In this document: positions 1 to 12,078 of the stretch, one piece after another
Numbering within the stretch: the stretch's first letter is position 1
Layout: the number at the start of each line of letters is the position of its first letter
NCBI GenBank assembly: GCA_001949185.1
Contig: BDGG01000009.1
Location: 1,601,624-1,665,623 of the forward strand
DNA: 64,000 nt
Direction: 5' to 3'
From: Ramazzottius varieornatus
Lineage: Eukaryota; Animalia; Tardigrada
The notes under the pieces: generated by a model
Told to the model about the DNA's origin: nothing
Database searches by the model: none
What the model saw: only the letters and a program-made list of their open reading frames with translations
Program-made: the position numbers and the translations under genes

Positions 1-3000
1 GCGCTGTTGCTCATGACCTGACATGCAGCCACCGCCTTCACTTCGCCCTCCGGCTTCTCATCGGGATGGAAGACCACCGTCCACCTGCAAGACACCCCAA
101 ACAGTAGTTACCTCCTGCTCAAAAAAAGGGGAAGGCTACTGGCGGTTGGGCATATCTCACTCTTCCCTACCGGTCAAGGCGAATTTCGTCGGCTTCGATG
201 ACGTCCTTGAGGATGCTCATGGGTTCTTCGTCGCCAGTGTAGCCCGTTCCCCAGCGCAAGACGCGAGCTAGGTCGTTACCTGCAACAAGCGGGGGGTTTA
301 TATGGGCCACGATCAGGTTAGGCAGACAGGACATGAAGGAAGAGGTCTCTTTACCTGTTCCCAGCGGGACGACTCCACAAGGCGGCGTTTGGCAGACCGA
401 GTCTTGGCCCACATTGTCCAGGCACTGCAGGACCCATCCCACCGTCCCATCCCCGCCGCAGATCAGAATGCGATACTTGGGGATATTTCGAAAGACATAC
501 AGACCGGGCAGTGGGCCGCCATTGCTGACGTCAAAGACCTGATAGGGGTTCAACAGCTTGCGGAAGGCCGCAATCAAGTCTTGGCCTTGACAGCCGCCAC
601 TTTTGGCGTTAACAAAGACCAACAGCGGTGTCAAATCGCGATGATCCAACAGTTGAGCCTGAATAAGAAAGAAAGGCCAAAAGTCAACCAATCTCTTCCA
701 ATCAACCAAGGGGTCGACAGACAAGTAGTAAGCGATACCTGAATGTTAGGAAGCAACATGACCAAGAGGTTCTTCTCTTCGAAAAGGGCCCCTTTGAGGC
801 TGTTGAAGGCCTTGACGGCAGCCTCGTTATTATCGTACGTTATCACAACTGATCCGTACTCGTAGTAGATTGGTCCGATTGAGACAAAGGGGTTGGCTAC
901 AGATCAATAACATTTTCCAAGAAGGTTGCAAATGGATAATTATACACATTTATATCGTAACGATAAAGCATTGGGATACGCTTACAGTCACCAACGAAAG
1001 TCTGAAGAATTCCGTGGTACTGTCTTTGTGACAAGCTCTGTGGAAGGTTGCCGATGAAGAGCGCAATGCTGGAACCATGGGGATCTTCCTTTTCCTGCAG
1101 GTAGAACCTTGTTTTCAGCATCTGGTGGATCGATTCTTTCCTGATTTGCTGCATTATCCGCCATGGCTTCTCGGCGTGAGTCAATATACGCTCAGTCACT
1201 GCAGAATAACAATGATAGGTCAATCCCATATTCGTCCAGTATGTATAATATTGATTTGCCATGACGTCATATGAGCCTGACCTCGGTTATCCATCGTTAC
1301 TTCAATCAAGTTGTATTTGGACTTTGTGGTCGTTCCTAAGCCGAACTTTCGCAATGCATACTCCAAGACATCATCCACGGTGGTGTCGCTGGTAACTGGA
1401 ATGCTTTTGTATCCTTGAGAACTCCTATAAAAGTCAACATGATATTCTCTGAGAATTGTTGGCAGCACAAATAGCGAGAAAAAGCAAAGTGTTGGTCCTC
1501 TCGTCCACCTGCCTACAGCAAACTCCACATTTTCTAGGTTGACCAGTATGTAGGTTCATGCAAAATGCTTAAATTGATTGGGCGCTGCTTTGGCCAGTGC
1601 TGGTCAACGTACTTGAGGTTTCCTGGATAGACTTTGATGAAGCCCTTGTTTGGGTCCTTGTCTCGGTATCTGAGAAAGAGTGCAGACTTCTCTTGTGTGT
1701 CTTCCTTGACCAGAGAGCGTATGGGTGTCGAAGGGTCCAGAGTCCGCTCTTCGGCCTCATTGGCTTCGGTCAGATAGTAATTACTGGGGTCATCTTTGAT
1801 ATAAAATGACCGAAGAGCCGCTTCCTGCAAAGACCGAAGAAATATATCATGTGGTAACTATTTTGCAGACAGAAAATTTCTGCAGGCTGACGTACAACAA
1901 CTTCTTTGGTGGGGGCGTTGCGATTGATGGTAATGGTGCGGAATACTTTGCGTCTCATAGACGAGTTGCCATCAAAGACTTTGACCAGTTCGGCGTCCGA
2001 GTCTGGCTCGTCCTCATCTTTGGAGCGTCGTTCTTCCTTTTGTGAGTCACGCTCCTTCTTTTCCGATTCGCGTTCTTCACGATCCCTTTCCTTGCGGCGT
2101 TTGCGCTCTTTTGAGCTTGAAGATTCGCCACTGCTGTCTTTGCCATTTAGATTACCAGTGGACGACGACAGATCGTCGGAAATGGCGGCTCGCGCTGTCA
2201 GGAGGAAGGACGTATGTACAAGTGGGATAGGCCGCACAATATGGGACAGAGGGACAACAAGGTCAACTGCAGAACTTACGGGGCGACTTACGCGACAGCA
2301 GAGTGGCCTCGCCTCGCTCCTTTTCCTTGGGGTCCTTCTCCTTCTGTTCTTTCTCCCGTATGTCACGATCCCTGGCTTTCTTGTAGGATAGGACGCCGAC
2401 GATGGTCTCCATCGGTAGTTCGGTGCGAGGAATTGTCACGACACTGGGCGGCAGCATGATCTTCTTCAGAGGGCCGAAATCACATTCTTGTGGTAGGTTC
2501 TTGTGGCATGCCGCATGAGCCTACAAGATGATTGCACACCGCTACACATACCAAAAGAAACAGCCGCTGTTAGGAGCATGGACTTTTCCAGCCATTTCTT
2601 TTTAGGCCACCGAACAGCCGGCTATCTCCCGTCCAATTTGCATGCACCTGCATACGTGCATCACACAGACAGCGCACAGGACGGTGTAGGCAGGCGCCTG
2701 AACGTCAGCCATATTTTGTCTGTGCTCAACTTGGCGTTACTTGCTTTATTGGCGGATTTACTTGGCCCATCTGGAGTTGCTGACGTGAAATGAAAAAGGC
2801 AAGCTACGTACGGTTGTGGTACACCAAGCACAGCGATATCCAGTGAGGCATTCGGAGGACCAGCAGCTTTTGCGGCACAGTGCGCATTTGGCATTGTTGA
2901 GCAGGTTGCCCTCGGTCCAGTGGTGATACTGGATGATTTGCGAAGGATCCTTGCCGGGCGTGTAGGTGGCACATTCGCGGCAGTTGCTGGCTGCAAACTC

Positions 3001-6000
3001 CTGGCATTCCGAGTGGACGTAGTAGTCGCATACTGCAAAGGCAGAGATGACGTTCGCTCCACGTAAAACAAACGTCTCGGGCGACAAGTCTGCCACTGAC
3101 GTCATCACTTACTTTCACAACGAAAGCACCACATGTCATCCAGCCGCTTCCGGCACACATTACAAAACTTTCTTTTGACGTGTATAAAATCTGACCAGCA
3201 GTGCGGAACGGGATTCTGCAAGAGAGAAAAAGAGACCATGCACGTTTAGACAATTATCGCTCCAGCCAAAAATAACCGCCATAAAAAGACAGTTTAATGG
3301 CCACGACGTGGCTTGAAAAGCACCCACTTATCCATTCATATTTGCTTTCTTTAAGTCCCCGACCATTATTAGGCCTACTAAGGGGTACACGCTATGTCGG
3401 TATATCTCGAGCAAGGAAGTCCAAAATAGCCAACTGCTGGAATTGCCCTCCAATCTGACTTTATCCACTTCCTCTGCCTATTGCTTGCTTTACTGCAGGA
3501 TCTTCATTCATAACTCTGTCGGATAAGTCGACCAGGAAGAGGGGTATAACATAATTTAAACAAACAGCTGGCATTGCCTGTGTGCATATTATGCATAGTT
3601 GTATCGAGGATTCGATGTTAAGTCAATAAATGGCCCAATGTGTCGCTGCTGGTTACATCACTTTGCCATTGAGAGAAGGACAAGCTGCCGATGGCCAGGC
3701 AGGAAGAGGGCATACGTAACGCCCAACTGACGTCACTGCGGATTGCATAAAGATGCCAAAGTGCCAGCCCGCATCGTCCAAACCTCTCCCACTTTATCTT
3801 CTTTGCATGCCACGCTCATCATTTTGTCACTGGGTTACACGTCACGGTAAGCTTTGACGATGGCCCAGGTTTGTAACGATTTTTCCATAGCTGCAGATGT
3901 ATGCTGGATGCTGCTGGCTGGCTGGCTGCAGCTGGATGATGCGGGTTATTAAGAGCGACAGGAAAAAGGAAGTAAGAATAGACGGGCATCAAAGGGGAAA
4001 GGAGAGAGAACGTGAGGCAAAAGATGGATAATGGCTGCGGCTGGCATCCAGCTCTACTTTTAAGTAGTTAGTGACGTCAGTGACACAATTCATGGCGAAG
4101 TTGTCTCTCAGTCTATCTGAGGCTCCGCCTCACTTCCTCCACTATCGATCAGGGACCCATCACCACAGGCAAGCTGCCCAGTCAACTCACTTTATACAAA
4201 ACTGTAACAGCAGCATCATTCCTGCCCATTGCCTACGACGCATCGTAGTACTTGCTATCAACCGTCCAAAACGTAACAAGAGGGTCGCCGAGCTCGACAG
4301 CCATCTAAGACAACGGTCAACTAAGACCATTCTTCAGAAAGAGCAAAGGTCAATGTCGGGGGAAAAAATAGGTGATTCCTCGTGAGCCAGTTCGGCCAGA
4401 CAGTGACTTGGTGGTTCATGATGTCGGCTGCGGCAAGTCAAGGCCTGACATCTGGCTTGCTCGGGAGAAACTAACTTAGGGGGTATGGCCTTACTCTAGG
4501 GGTAAGGAAGAATTATCGGCCATGATCACGAGACATCCTACGTTGTCCAATTAAGAGGGCGTGATGGCAGGTAAAGATATCTGTGTGTACTGGCTTCATT
4601 CACTTGCCGTCTGCCATTGGAGACGTCAAGTATCCAAGTACGTAAGCGGCCTCTTGTCTTGACGACGCCGGCAACCTTCTTAATTAGATTGGCCATAACG
4701 GCCATCACGTCAGACCAGGCTCCTCATCGGCAGAAAGAAAGAAACAGCCCTCGTGATAGGCTACTCTCGTGTCGACTTGCAGGGCTTTCCACCGGGCTCG
4801 CCTTGCCCCATGGAACAAGCGCTGAGCCGGAAGAACCTTTGGGATAATGACGTACAAGATAGTCGAGCTCAACCTCGCCGCCGCCGCCTCGTAAGAGATA
4901 TTTCGGGGCCCCGCGCCGGCAAGGTCTGACAACCAACAGGCAACTTTGCCAAAGGGATAAAGCTTTGCCACACTTACCGGAAAGCCCAGGCCTGAGCGGC
5001 ATTACAATCGAGAGACCTGGCCGACGACGTCATCCAGCTTAATTATTCACCTCTCGATCCCTCACAGCACTACCAGTCTTGCCCATCATTAAACAACAAG
5101 TCTATTCAATGTCTCAATGGTACCTCCAATCTTTCTCCTGTACCAACTCTTTCTCTTGTTCATTTTTCCGACAAACAAGCGGGCCTTTCCAAGCCTCCGA
5201 CAGAACACATAACTTAGTCGGTTAAGCCTTCTCTGTTTCGAAATTTGGTAAATTGTTTCGCCAGTATTTTTATAGTTGATAACGTTTGATTATTTTGTCG
5301 TTAGGGTTCTACGGCTGGGTTGGGGCTGCAGTAACAATAAGCAGTAAGAGCATTACGGCGAATACGCGGCACATCCGTTTCCACTTTCCGATTGTTGATA
5401 GATCTGCCTGGAATGCCTTTCTACTGGCTGGCTGGCTAGCTGGCTGCATGATCAGAGATAGGAGGCTGATCATCTGTTACAGCTTTGCCTCCATGGGTAG
5501 GGAGGCCAGACCTTGGCAGAGACTAACTGGCTTACCAAGCTGCATGGCGGCAGATAGAGCCTGACTGAACATGTACGTGTTCACAAGACAAGGAAGCTAC
5601 AAGGCGCTGCATCCGCGCCACTCTTACGAGGGGGAGCAGGAGCAGGAGCCGGGCTCTCCGCTTCCTTCCCCCTTTTAGCTAGGCTGGCCGCCTAGCTGTC
5701 ACCGTTTAATGCTCAACTCGATCGACAAAGGCACACCAAGAAACGCCAAAGTAGATAGTCCAAGAGACATCTCTGCTGCATGGCTCCCTTAAGACAGACG
5801 AACTCCTCGATAGCTCCAGACTCTTTTAACCGGCCCAACGTACCCACTCTCTCTCTCTCCTTCCATTATTGCACCAAAGCGCTTTGCCATGCTGCGCACA
5901 TGCTGCAGCCTCCAACTCTGCCAAGACATGCAAACCCGTTCGTCCTTCTATTCCAAGAGTCGGGTATCAAAACCTTCCTAGCAAATTTACCTATCTTTCC

Positions 6001-6655
6001 CTCTGGGGACAGGGGATGCCGTTATACTTGACGGATATGGCTTACCTTGATCAAAGCGGCAGCCAGTGATGAGCACGGCGAGACGACGTTCTTCATGCAT
6101 TTGTCGTGAGCCACGAAGTTGCAAACTGCAACCAAAAAATCAAAGTTAAATCTTATAGCAAGTCAAAGAGCGACCTATATGGGCAGTTGTTGCTGGTCGC
6201 CAACTGCCCTCGGAACACGTCGTGCATTATCATCGAAGAAAGACGATCCACGACTGTTCGATCAATAGTTGCGTCCTATCACAATGTTATTCCATGTTCA
6301 CTTCAACCATGCCAGCCGAACATTTTTGCCTTATTCATCACTTTCTCCGAAACCGATCTGGATTGTCATCCATGGACGTAAGCAAGGTTGGTGGAGAGTA
6401 ATAAGGATGGACGGTACCTTCGCAGACATAACCGGGAACACCGATCAAGCTCCAGATCATGTCGGCACAGTGATGACAGTAGGAAGGCTTGTGAAAGGAT
6501 TTCTTGACGAAAAAGTGTCCATGGCCAAGTTGGTCCACCGAGGCGCTGACGCTGCTGTCGGTTCCTTCGCTGTCGGCCGAAGTTCGGCGGTCAACGTCCA
6601 GCGACTCTTGGATGTGGGCAATCTCTGGGCCGGCCATGCTTCGTGAACGCCGCAT
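1..6655 (-). CDS. DGKQ: Diacylglycerol kinase theta (multi-exon; 3' end beyond window start)
   Basis: Three C1 domains (HFFVKKSFHKPSYCHHC...VCNFVAHDKC; NPVPHCW...FCNVCRKR; HHWTEGNL..NAKCALC), RA-like segments, an RRM-like segment (LFIGNLP), and catalytic motifs PLLVFVNAKSGG, GGDGTVGWVL and PLGTGNDLARVLRWG. Start is ATG 6655 or 6637. A ~2.8 kb intron spans 3216-6045. Confidence 0.93.
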
Positions 6656-8459
6656 TTGCTCGCAGCTGCTGGTCAACAGCAGACTGCGGCTGCCGCCACT
6701 TTTCAGCTGGCGACCTGGGCGCGACGTTGTGCTGATCTGCCCGCAACAGGACCTGCGTAAAACTGTACCCAATACCGGCCCCGGCTGGCGATTAACAAGT
6801 CTAATCCACAACTGCAGCACAATGCCAACCAGGCAGACGTATAAGCAGTAGCGAGCCTCGGCAGCAAGGGGGAAAAGGTCGAAGCTTAGTACACGTGCAA
6901 CCAATGTCGCGTAGTGCGCCTACACACGATATTTCTCCTGCCAGCATACTCCATCGCTGCCCCAACATGTGCACGACCTTTCTTTATCCATCCATCAAAT
7001 TCCATTCCACTGCAAATCAGCAACACCTTGTCAATATTCACATCTCTTCTCTTACAAATGCCAAACTTGGCTTACTACATAATCAAGCTAAGCGCGGACG
7101 ATCGCAAGGATCATCATCCCTAAACAAGTGGATAAAGTCTCGACATCGCGCGCTACAACGACCACCAAGGCCGTGCTGGATACACATTACGTCACTTGTA
7201 ACATGTACCCAACCTCGGGGACAGCATCGAGCTTCTTTCTTCCCCAGAACCTTCCCAAAATTCCAACGCGGAAGTTCAGCTGTACCAAGATACACATCAC
7301 TTGATTGATTGACTGTGCTCCAACTGATCGGTCCAGAGGCGCGGTTATCAATGGCCCACAAGCCAGCAGTATGGCGGCCAGCGAACCGTTATCAATCAGT
7401 CAATCAATCGCCGATAATCCAGCTACTTGTTTTACACTATTGTTGTAGACGGCAAAGAAATGATTCAGACTGTTGGAATTTTGAGCACGTAGGCTGCGGG
7501 TTCCTGGTATCTGTTGGAGGGGAATGTGGAAGGCGGAGGATGAAACTTACACTTGCAAAGGATTTCATGGGGCACTACGGTCTTGCAGGATGGTTCATCG
7601 TCGATTTGTACGGTCCTTTGATATTCATTTCATGTTCCAATATAGGCCGGAAGGGTGACACAAAGCAAGGCACAATATAGTCCAGAAAGATATCTGCAAA
7701 CAAAGATCTTCAGCAGCGATCACTGACAAAAGGGCCTTCAACTTCTGAGATCGAACTCTTCTGGATACATGTTACAGCAAGCAGGAGTAGCAACGGGCAG
7801 GAGTGGGGTAGGCTTCAACGGCAGACTCTCACTTCACACATTCCATGAACACGTTGCGTAAACCAGCTGCTGCTGTTATATTATGTGCCTCCTTCCTTCG
7901 TGCAGGCAGCTACAGCTATAGCAGCTCTTCCCTCGACTGGACTGATGCTGTATATCCGCCGAGAGGCTGCTGCCTTGGCTTGCTCTCTTCTTGTCGAACC
8001 GCCGCCCGTCTAGCTTGTTGGCATCCACATCGTACGATCCTCCCAACACACGCACTGTCTAAAATACAATGTACAGAGGAGAGAGGAAGGAAGGAACGGA
8101 GAAAACGGCTAGAGCGTCACGGCCAAACTCACCAAGACGACGAGCCTTGTTGTATCAATGGAGGAAACCGATCGAAAACGTCGTAGACGATAACACGCCG
8201 TCCTCTGTTTCGCATCTGTGTGCCGATAAACGCAACGGTAACGGCAACATCCCTTCCTTCATACGTCACTGCCCGTCTCCCGCTCTTGCGTCTCCACTAC
8301 TCTGACAGGCCCGACACACTGGTGGCGCTCTGCAGTCCAATGTGATGATCCTGTAATTCAGATAAATATCCGTAAGAAACACATATCCCCTTTCTCGTCT
8401 TTGCGAACCTACGCCCTTACCTACTGACCAGCAAGTGAGGCTCCTATCTTCTACATTTC

Positions 8460-8505
8460 ACGTCACTTCGCGCTGAAAGCCTCAAGTGACGTCGAACACG
8501 GAAGT
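8460..8505. promoter_or_regulatory. Putative DGK-theta promoter with inverted ACGTCACTT/AAGTGACGT (CRE-like) pair and ETS-like CGGAAGT
   Basis: 9-bp inverted repeat at 8460-8468 and 8484-8492, and CGGAAGT at 8499-8505. These lie just upstream of a minus-strand GTAAGG donor at ~8419, a candidate non-coding first exon. Confidence 0.4.
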
Positions 8506-8733
8506 CAACAGTGAAAGGGACCTGGATCTGCAGGATCGGGAAGGATGGCTATTTTACTATAATCAGCATCCACCGAAACGGAAGCCACGAAAACACTGGA
8601 AAGAAGAAAAAAACACTCCTGAATAAAATTACGATGACGAAAATGAACATAGATAATTGAATGAATGGCATACCACGAAAGTTTTGGCAGCAAGGGCGCA
8701 ATCAGGGCATATCACCTAAGAGATACACAGCAT

Positions 8734-10074
8734 TTAGCTTCTTTGGAGGAGGTCGCCCGTCAACATCCAGCCAAGATCGCTTCCCTTCTCCTCCTCGGTA
8801 CCCCCAGCTTTGCCTCTGACAAATCCTTCTTGACGCTGCAGGTCTTCGTTCTGGCTATCTATCGCCCTGGCTCCTTGGTATTCGATCAGCGACTGGGCGA
8901 AAAGTCCCATGAAGGCAAATGCCACTGCCCGTCTCCAGTGGGCTTTAAGGCGGTCCTTGGCATTGGCAGCAACAGCTGGCTGCAGCAGATCCAGAGCCTT
9001 GGACATGTCTTCCAGCACTTTATGCAGGTTCTTCTTTCGCACATGACATAAACCACGGTTGAGAAATATAGCGGGTAACTGTGCGCCGGCCTGCACTGCA
9101 TAGCTGTAGCAAGAGGTGGCCGAGTCCCAATCACCGGCGTCCAGGAACTTATCGCCCTTGGTCTTGATGCACAACGGGTCGCGTAGTACCAGACTATGCA
9201 GATCATCACAGTCAGTGCCACCTTCCTCCAAAACTTTGCGGAACTGGTTCTGCTTCTTCAGCCAGTCTTCTTCTTGCTCTGTTTGAGACTCCCGTTTCGG
9301 TGTGGGGAAAATGCGGCATGTCGGTGTGAAGCTGATGGTTGAAGCAGCACGAACAGGACAAGTCATGTCGACAGACAGCTTATGGGAAGACTTCCGGCTA
9401 GTCTTCTTTGTGGCCCGTTTCTCATCCACTGCTGCAATCTTACTCACAAGCTCCTCGATAGCATCATCAGAGTAGCATATATTGTCGGCCTGATCCTTTT
9501 CGTCGTTCGCTTCGGTCGGCGTTGCTTCTTGCAAGTCCTTTTCCGAGCTGTTATGTGGTGCAGCCTCGTCCGCCGCCCCCCACTGTTCCAGGCCAAGCAG
9601 ATGTATAGCCTTTTCCTTTTCAGCATCTTTGGCCTTCGTTACATTCGTTACGCCCCAAGATTGCTTCTCCATGTGTTGCTGTATGGACAAGTTTTCTCTT
9701 TCGCGTCTCATATCCTTCTTGCTCTTCGATTCGTTCTGTACTCGTTGTTGCTCAAACTTCAGCGCTTCTTCGCGTACTCGATGCATTGCCTTCTTGCAAT
9801 CGTTGTTAGGGTGTTTCACATCGGGCCAGGTACAAGGGAACTTCTTCACCAAGCGCAGAGTCACAGTGGACGGTGTAATTTCCACGACAGTCTTCGCTTC
9901 GTCCACTTCGGCAAAGAGGTATCTCTCGAAAATGAACGGGAGATGGGAGATCTTGATATAAGTGGGAGTGCTAAGCACATCCAATGTCTTCTTACTGGCA
10001 TTTTTGAGAGAGAGGTGGACGATGACGTAGAGGTTAGTTTGCTCCCAACTTTCTTCCGCAATGACGATCGGCAT
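8734..10074 (-). CDS. DNAAF4: Dynein axonemal assembly factor 4 (DYX1C1); CS domain + coiled coil + TPR; intronless
   Basis: 446-aa ORF with N-terminal MPI...SWEQT CS/p23-like domain, the F(P)TPKRES.....EEDWLKKQ motif, and C-terminal TPRs (KGDKFL..GD...A...YS.A; FLNRGLCH; KAHWRRA). Confidence 0.92.
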   Translation of the reverse strand: MPIVIAEESWEQTNLYVIVHLSLKNASKKTLDVLSTPTYIKISHLPFIFERYLFAEVDEAKTVVEITPSTVTLRLVKKFPCTWPDVKHPNNDCKKAMHRVREEALKFEQQRVQNESKSKKDMRRERENLSIQQHMEKQSWGVTNVTKAKDAEKEKAIHLLGLEQWGAADEAAPHNSSEKDLQEATPTEANDEKDQADNICYSDDAIEELVSKIAAVDEKRATKKTSRKSSHKLSVDMTCPVRAASTISFTPTCRIFPTPKRESQTEQEEDWLKKQNQFRKVLEEGGTDCDDLHSLVLRDPLCIKTKGDKFLDAGDWDSATSCYSYAVQAGAQLPAIFLNRGLCHVRKKNLHKVLEDMSKALDLLQPAVAANAKDRLKAHWRRAVAFAFMGLFAQSLIEYQGARAIDSQNEDLQRQEGFVRGKAGGTEEEKGSDLGWMLTGDLLQRS

Positions 10075-10478
10075 GGTGCCTTGACTGATCTCAACACAGT
10101 AATTCCATCGACGGCTACAATGCTAGAGTACTTCCTCCTACTGGAAGTGCGTCAACCTGGACGGTTGTCATGGTCAAACTACTGCAACAAAGCCAGAACA
10201 TCATCGTTATGCTCCTGTCGTACAGTACTCAAAGTTTTGAAAGACTGCGGTTGATCACTGACTACAAACGAACCGGAACTGCAGGTAGTTTTGGCGGCTT
10301 CTTATTTAGGAAACTTTCCACGCAGAAACACTGTGAGATTTCCTTGGCGTGGATAACAGAGTCTGAGGCAGCTCTTTAAAACAGAAAAACAGAGGCTATA
10401 AATTGCAAACGTGGAAATGATACTTGTGTATGTCAGAAAACGGAGAACTGAAGAAAGACTTACGTCGTATAAAGTACT

Positions 10479-11138
10479 TCAGGCGAAATACCAGTACATA
10501 GCGAACATCAGTAAAAGCGTAATGACGATGCCAGCGTAGAGGAAGTACTGGTCTTGGAGACTGCGTCGTTCGATCATCTTCATCAAGGACGTCGACAAGC
10601 CCAGCTTTTGTCCAATGTCCAGCATGCGCGACCTGGCGCTGGACAGCGTACTGCGCTGTATCCGAAGGTTGTTGAGAACTTCTCTCCCCGTATCCATGAT
10701 GTTGTCCACGCTTCTGTTCACGTTCCTCAAGGAAGACTGATACCGTGCGTCTGCATCATGCATCTTGATGGCTGTATGAGCATCACGCGACAGCGATGTA
10801 AAGTCCGTCCGTAACAGTTCTTCTCGTTCTTTCTCTTCTTGCAGCTTTCGCGATCTTTGAGATTTCAGCGAGCTTATGGACGATTTCAGCATGTGGAAGT
10901 TGTACTTGATCTGGTCGACGCGATGCTTGGACACTTGACGTCGCATAGACGGCTCTTTATCGAGTAAGATGTCCATCCGCTCCACGTTTGCCGTCAGAGC
11001 ACCGACCATCCGCTCCACACTGCTGTCCACATCGGCTGTCGACTGGTCGTCTACTTGGTTATACTTGACGAGGTTCGATTCCACATCTCGCAGCAGCGCA
11101 TCCGACTCCATACATAGTCGCTCCAGCGTCGAAGTCAT
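10479..11138 (-). CDS. GOSR2: Golgi SNAP receptor complex member 2 (membrin/GS27); intronless
   Basis: 219-aa Qb-SNARE with EREELL, L..QRSTL, LGLS.SLMKMIERR...D and a C-terminal transmembrane anchor ending YWYFA. Confidence 0.92.
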   Translation of the reverse strand: MTSTLERLCMESDALLRDVESNLVKYNQVDDQSTADVDSSVERMVGALTANVERMDILLDKEPSMRRQVSKHRVDQIKYNFHMLKSSISSLKSQRSRKLQEEKEREELLRTDFTSLSRDAHTAIKMHDADARYQSSLRNVNRSVDNIMDTGREVLNNLRIQRSTLSSARSRMLDIGQKLGLSTSLMKMIERRSLQDQYFLYAGIVITLLLMFAMYWYFA

Positions 11139-12078
11139 GCCCGTCGTGGTAGAAATCTGGTCCAGATCTCCACTTCCGGTTGATCTCTGTTATCTGCCTT
11201 CGACGCCAAACACCAGCCTTCTTCAACACCGCTCATCCGCAGCGTAACTTCCAGCAGTCATCTGTGGTCCTTCTGTCTTAGCGGTAGTCGAGGTCGAGGT
11301 GTCGGAACATAAAGAAATCAATTCAGGATATAGCGGAGTAGAATGTAGATCTTTCCTGAATCCAGATTCCAGAATTATATTAAACTCTGTTGAATGAACT
11401 CAAATCAAGCAACTCAATCAAGTGAACCCTTGTGCTTGCGCACTGCGTTTTTCCAGCTTGTTCCGTGACTTCCGTCATCGCTGTGATGTGTCCATGTCAC
11501 GTCATTATTCATAGTAGTATTACTGGTCTTTACAAGTTACGAAGAGGTGAAGTTGACCCGCTCATGATCCAGTTCACCTGCCCGGAAGCAGTAATTTCCT
11601 TGGAATTTCGTTCTTACTTCAAGCATGGTCGTGAACTGTCTAAAAGACCGCCAAGACATATCAGGGTATTCCGATAGAGAATTTATGCACTGCCAAAAAC
11701 AACCGTTCAAATAAACTTAATGAAAGGTATCACAGGAAACAAGATAATCTCAAGGAGAAAACGGATCTTTTTGCCATGAGACTGACGAAGACAGAGACCA
11801 GAGGGCACATAAACCAAAAATTTCAAAATGCTGAGAGGGGAGCTACAAGAGACATAAAAGGCTTAATCATTCCGCGCCTCTTTCAGGAAACTGGGGAATA
11901 CGGTACCAAAGCCACGAACCAGGAGAACCATTTTCGATTGTCGAACAACAATACTTCAAACATAAAACTTCAAAAACCAGGTAAAACCATCAGATCGTTC
12001 CTGCACCAGGTAAAAAATACTGGGAATAACAGTGGAGACTTTCACTTCCGTGTGCAGACATCATTTGCGCCGAAAAAA

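Noticed and set aside
8342-8428. Possible box C/D snoRNA (GTGATGA...CTGA)
   Set aside because: There is no terminal stem and no recognisable rRNA guide; such motif pairs arise by chance.
9382-10254. 290-aa plus-strand ORF
   Set aside because: It is an antisense shadow of DNAAF4 with no recognisable motifs.
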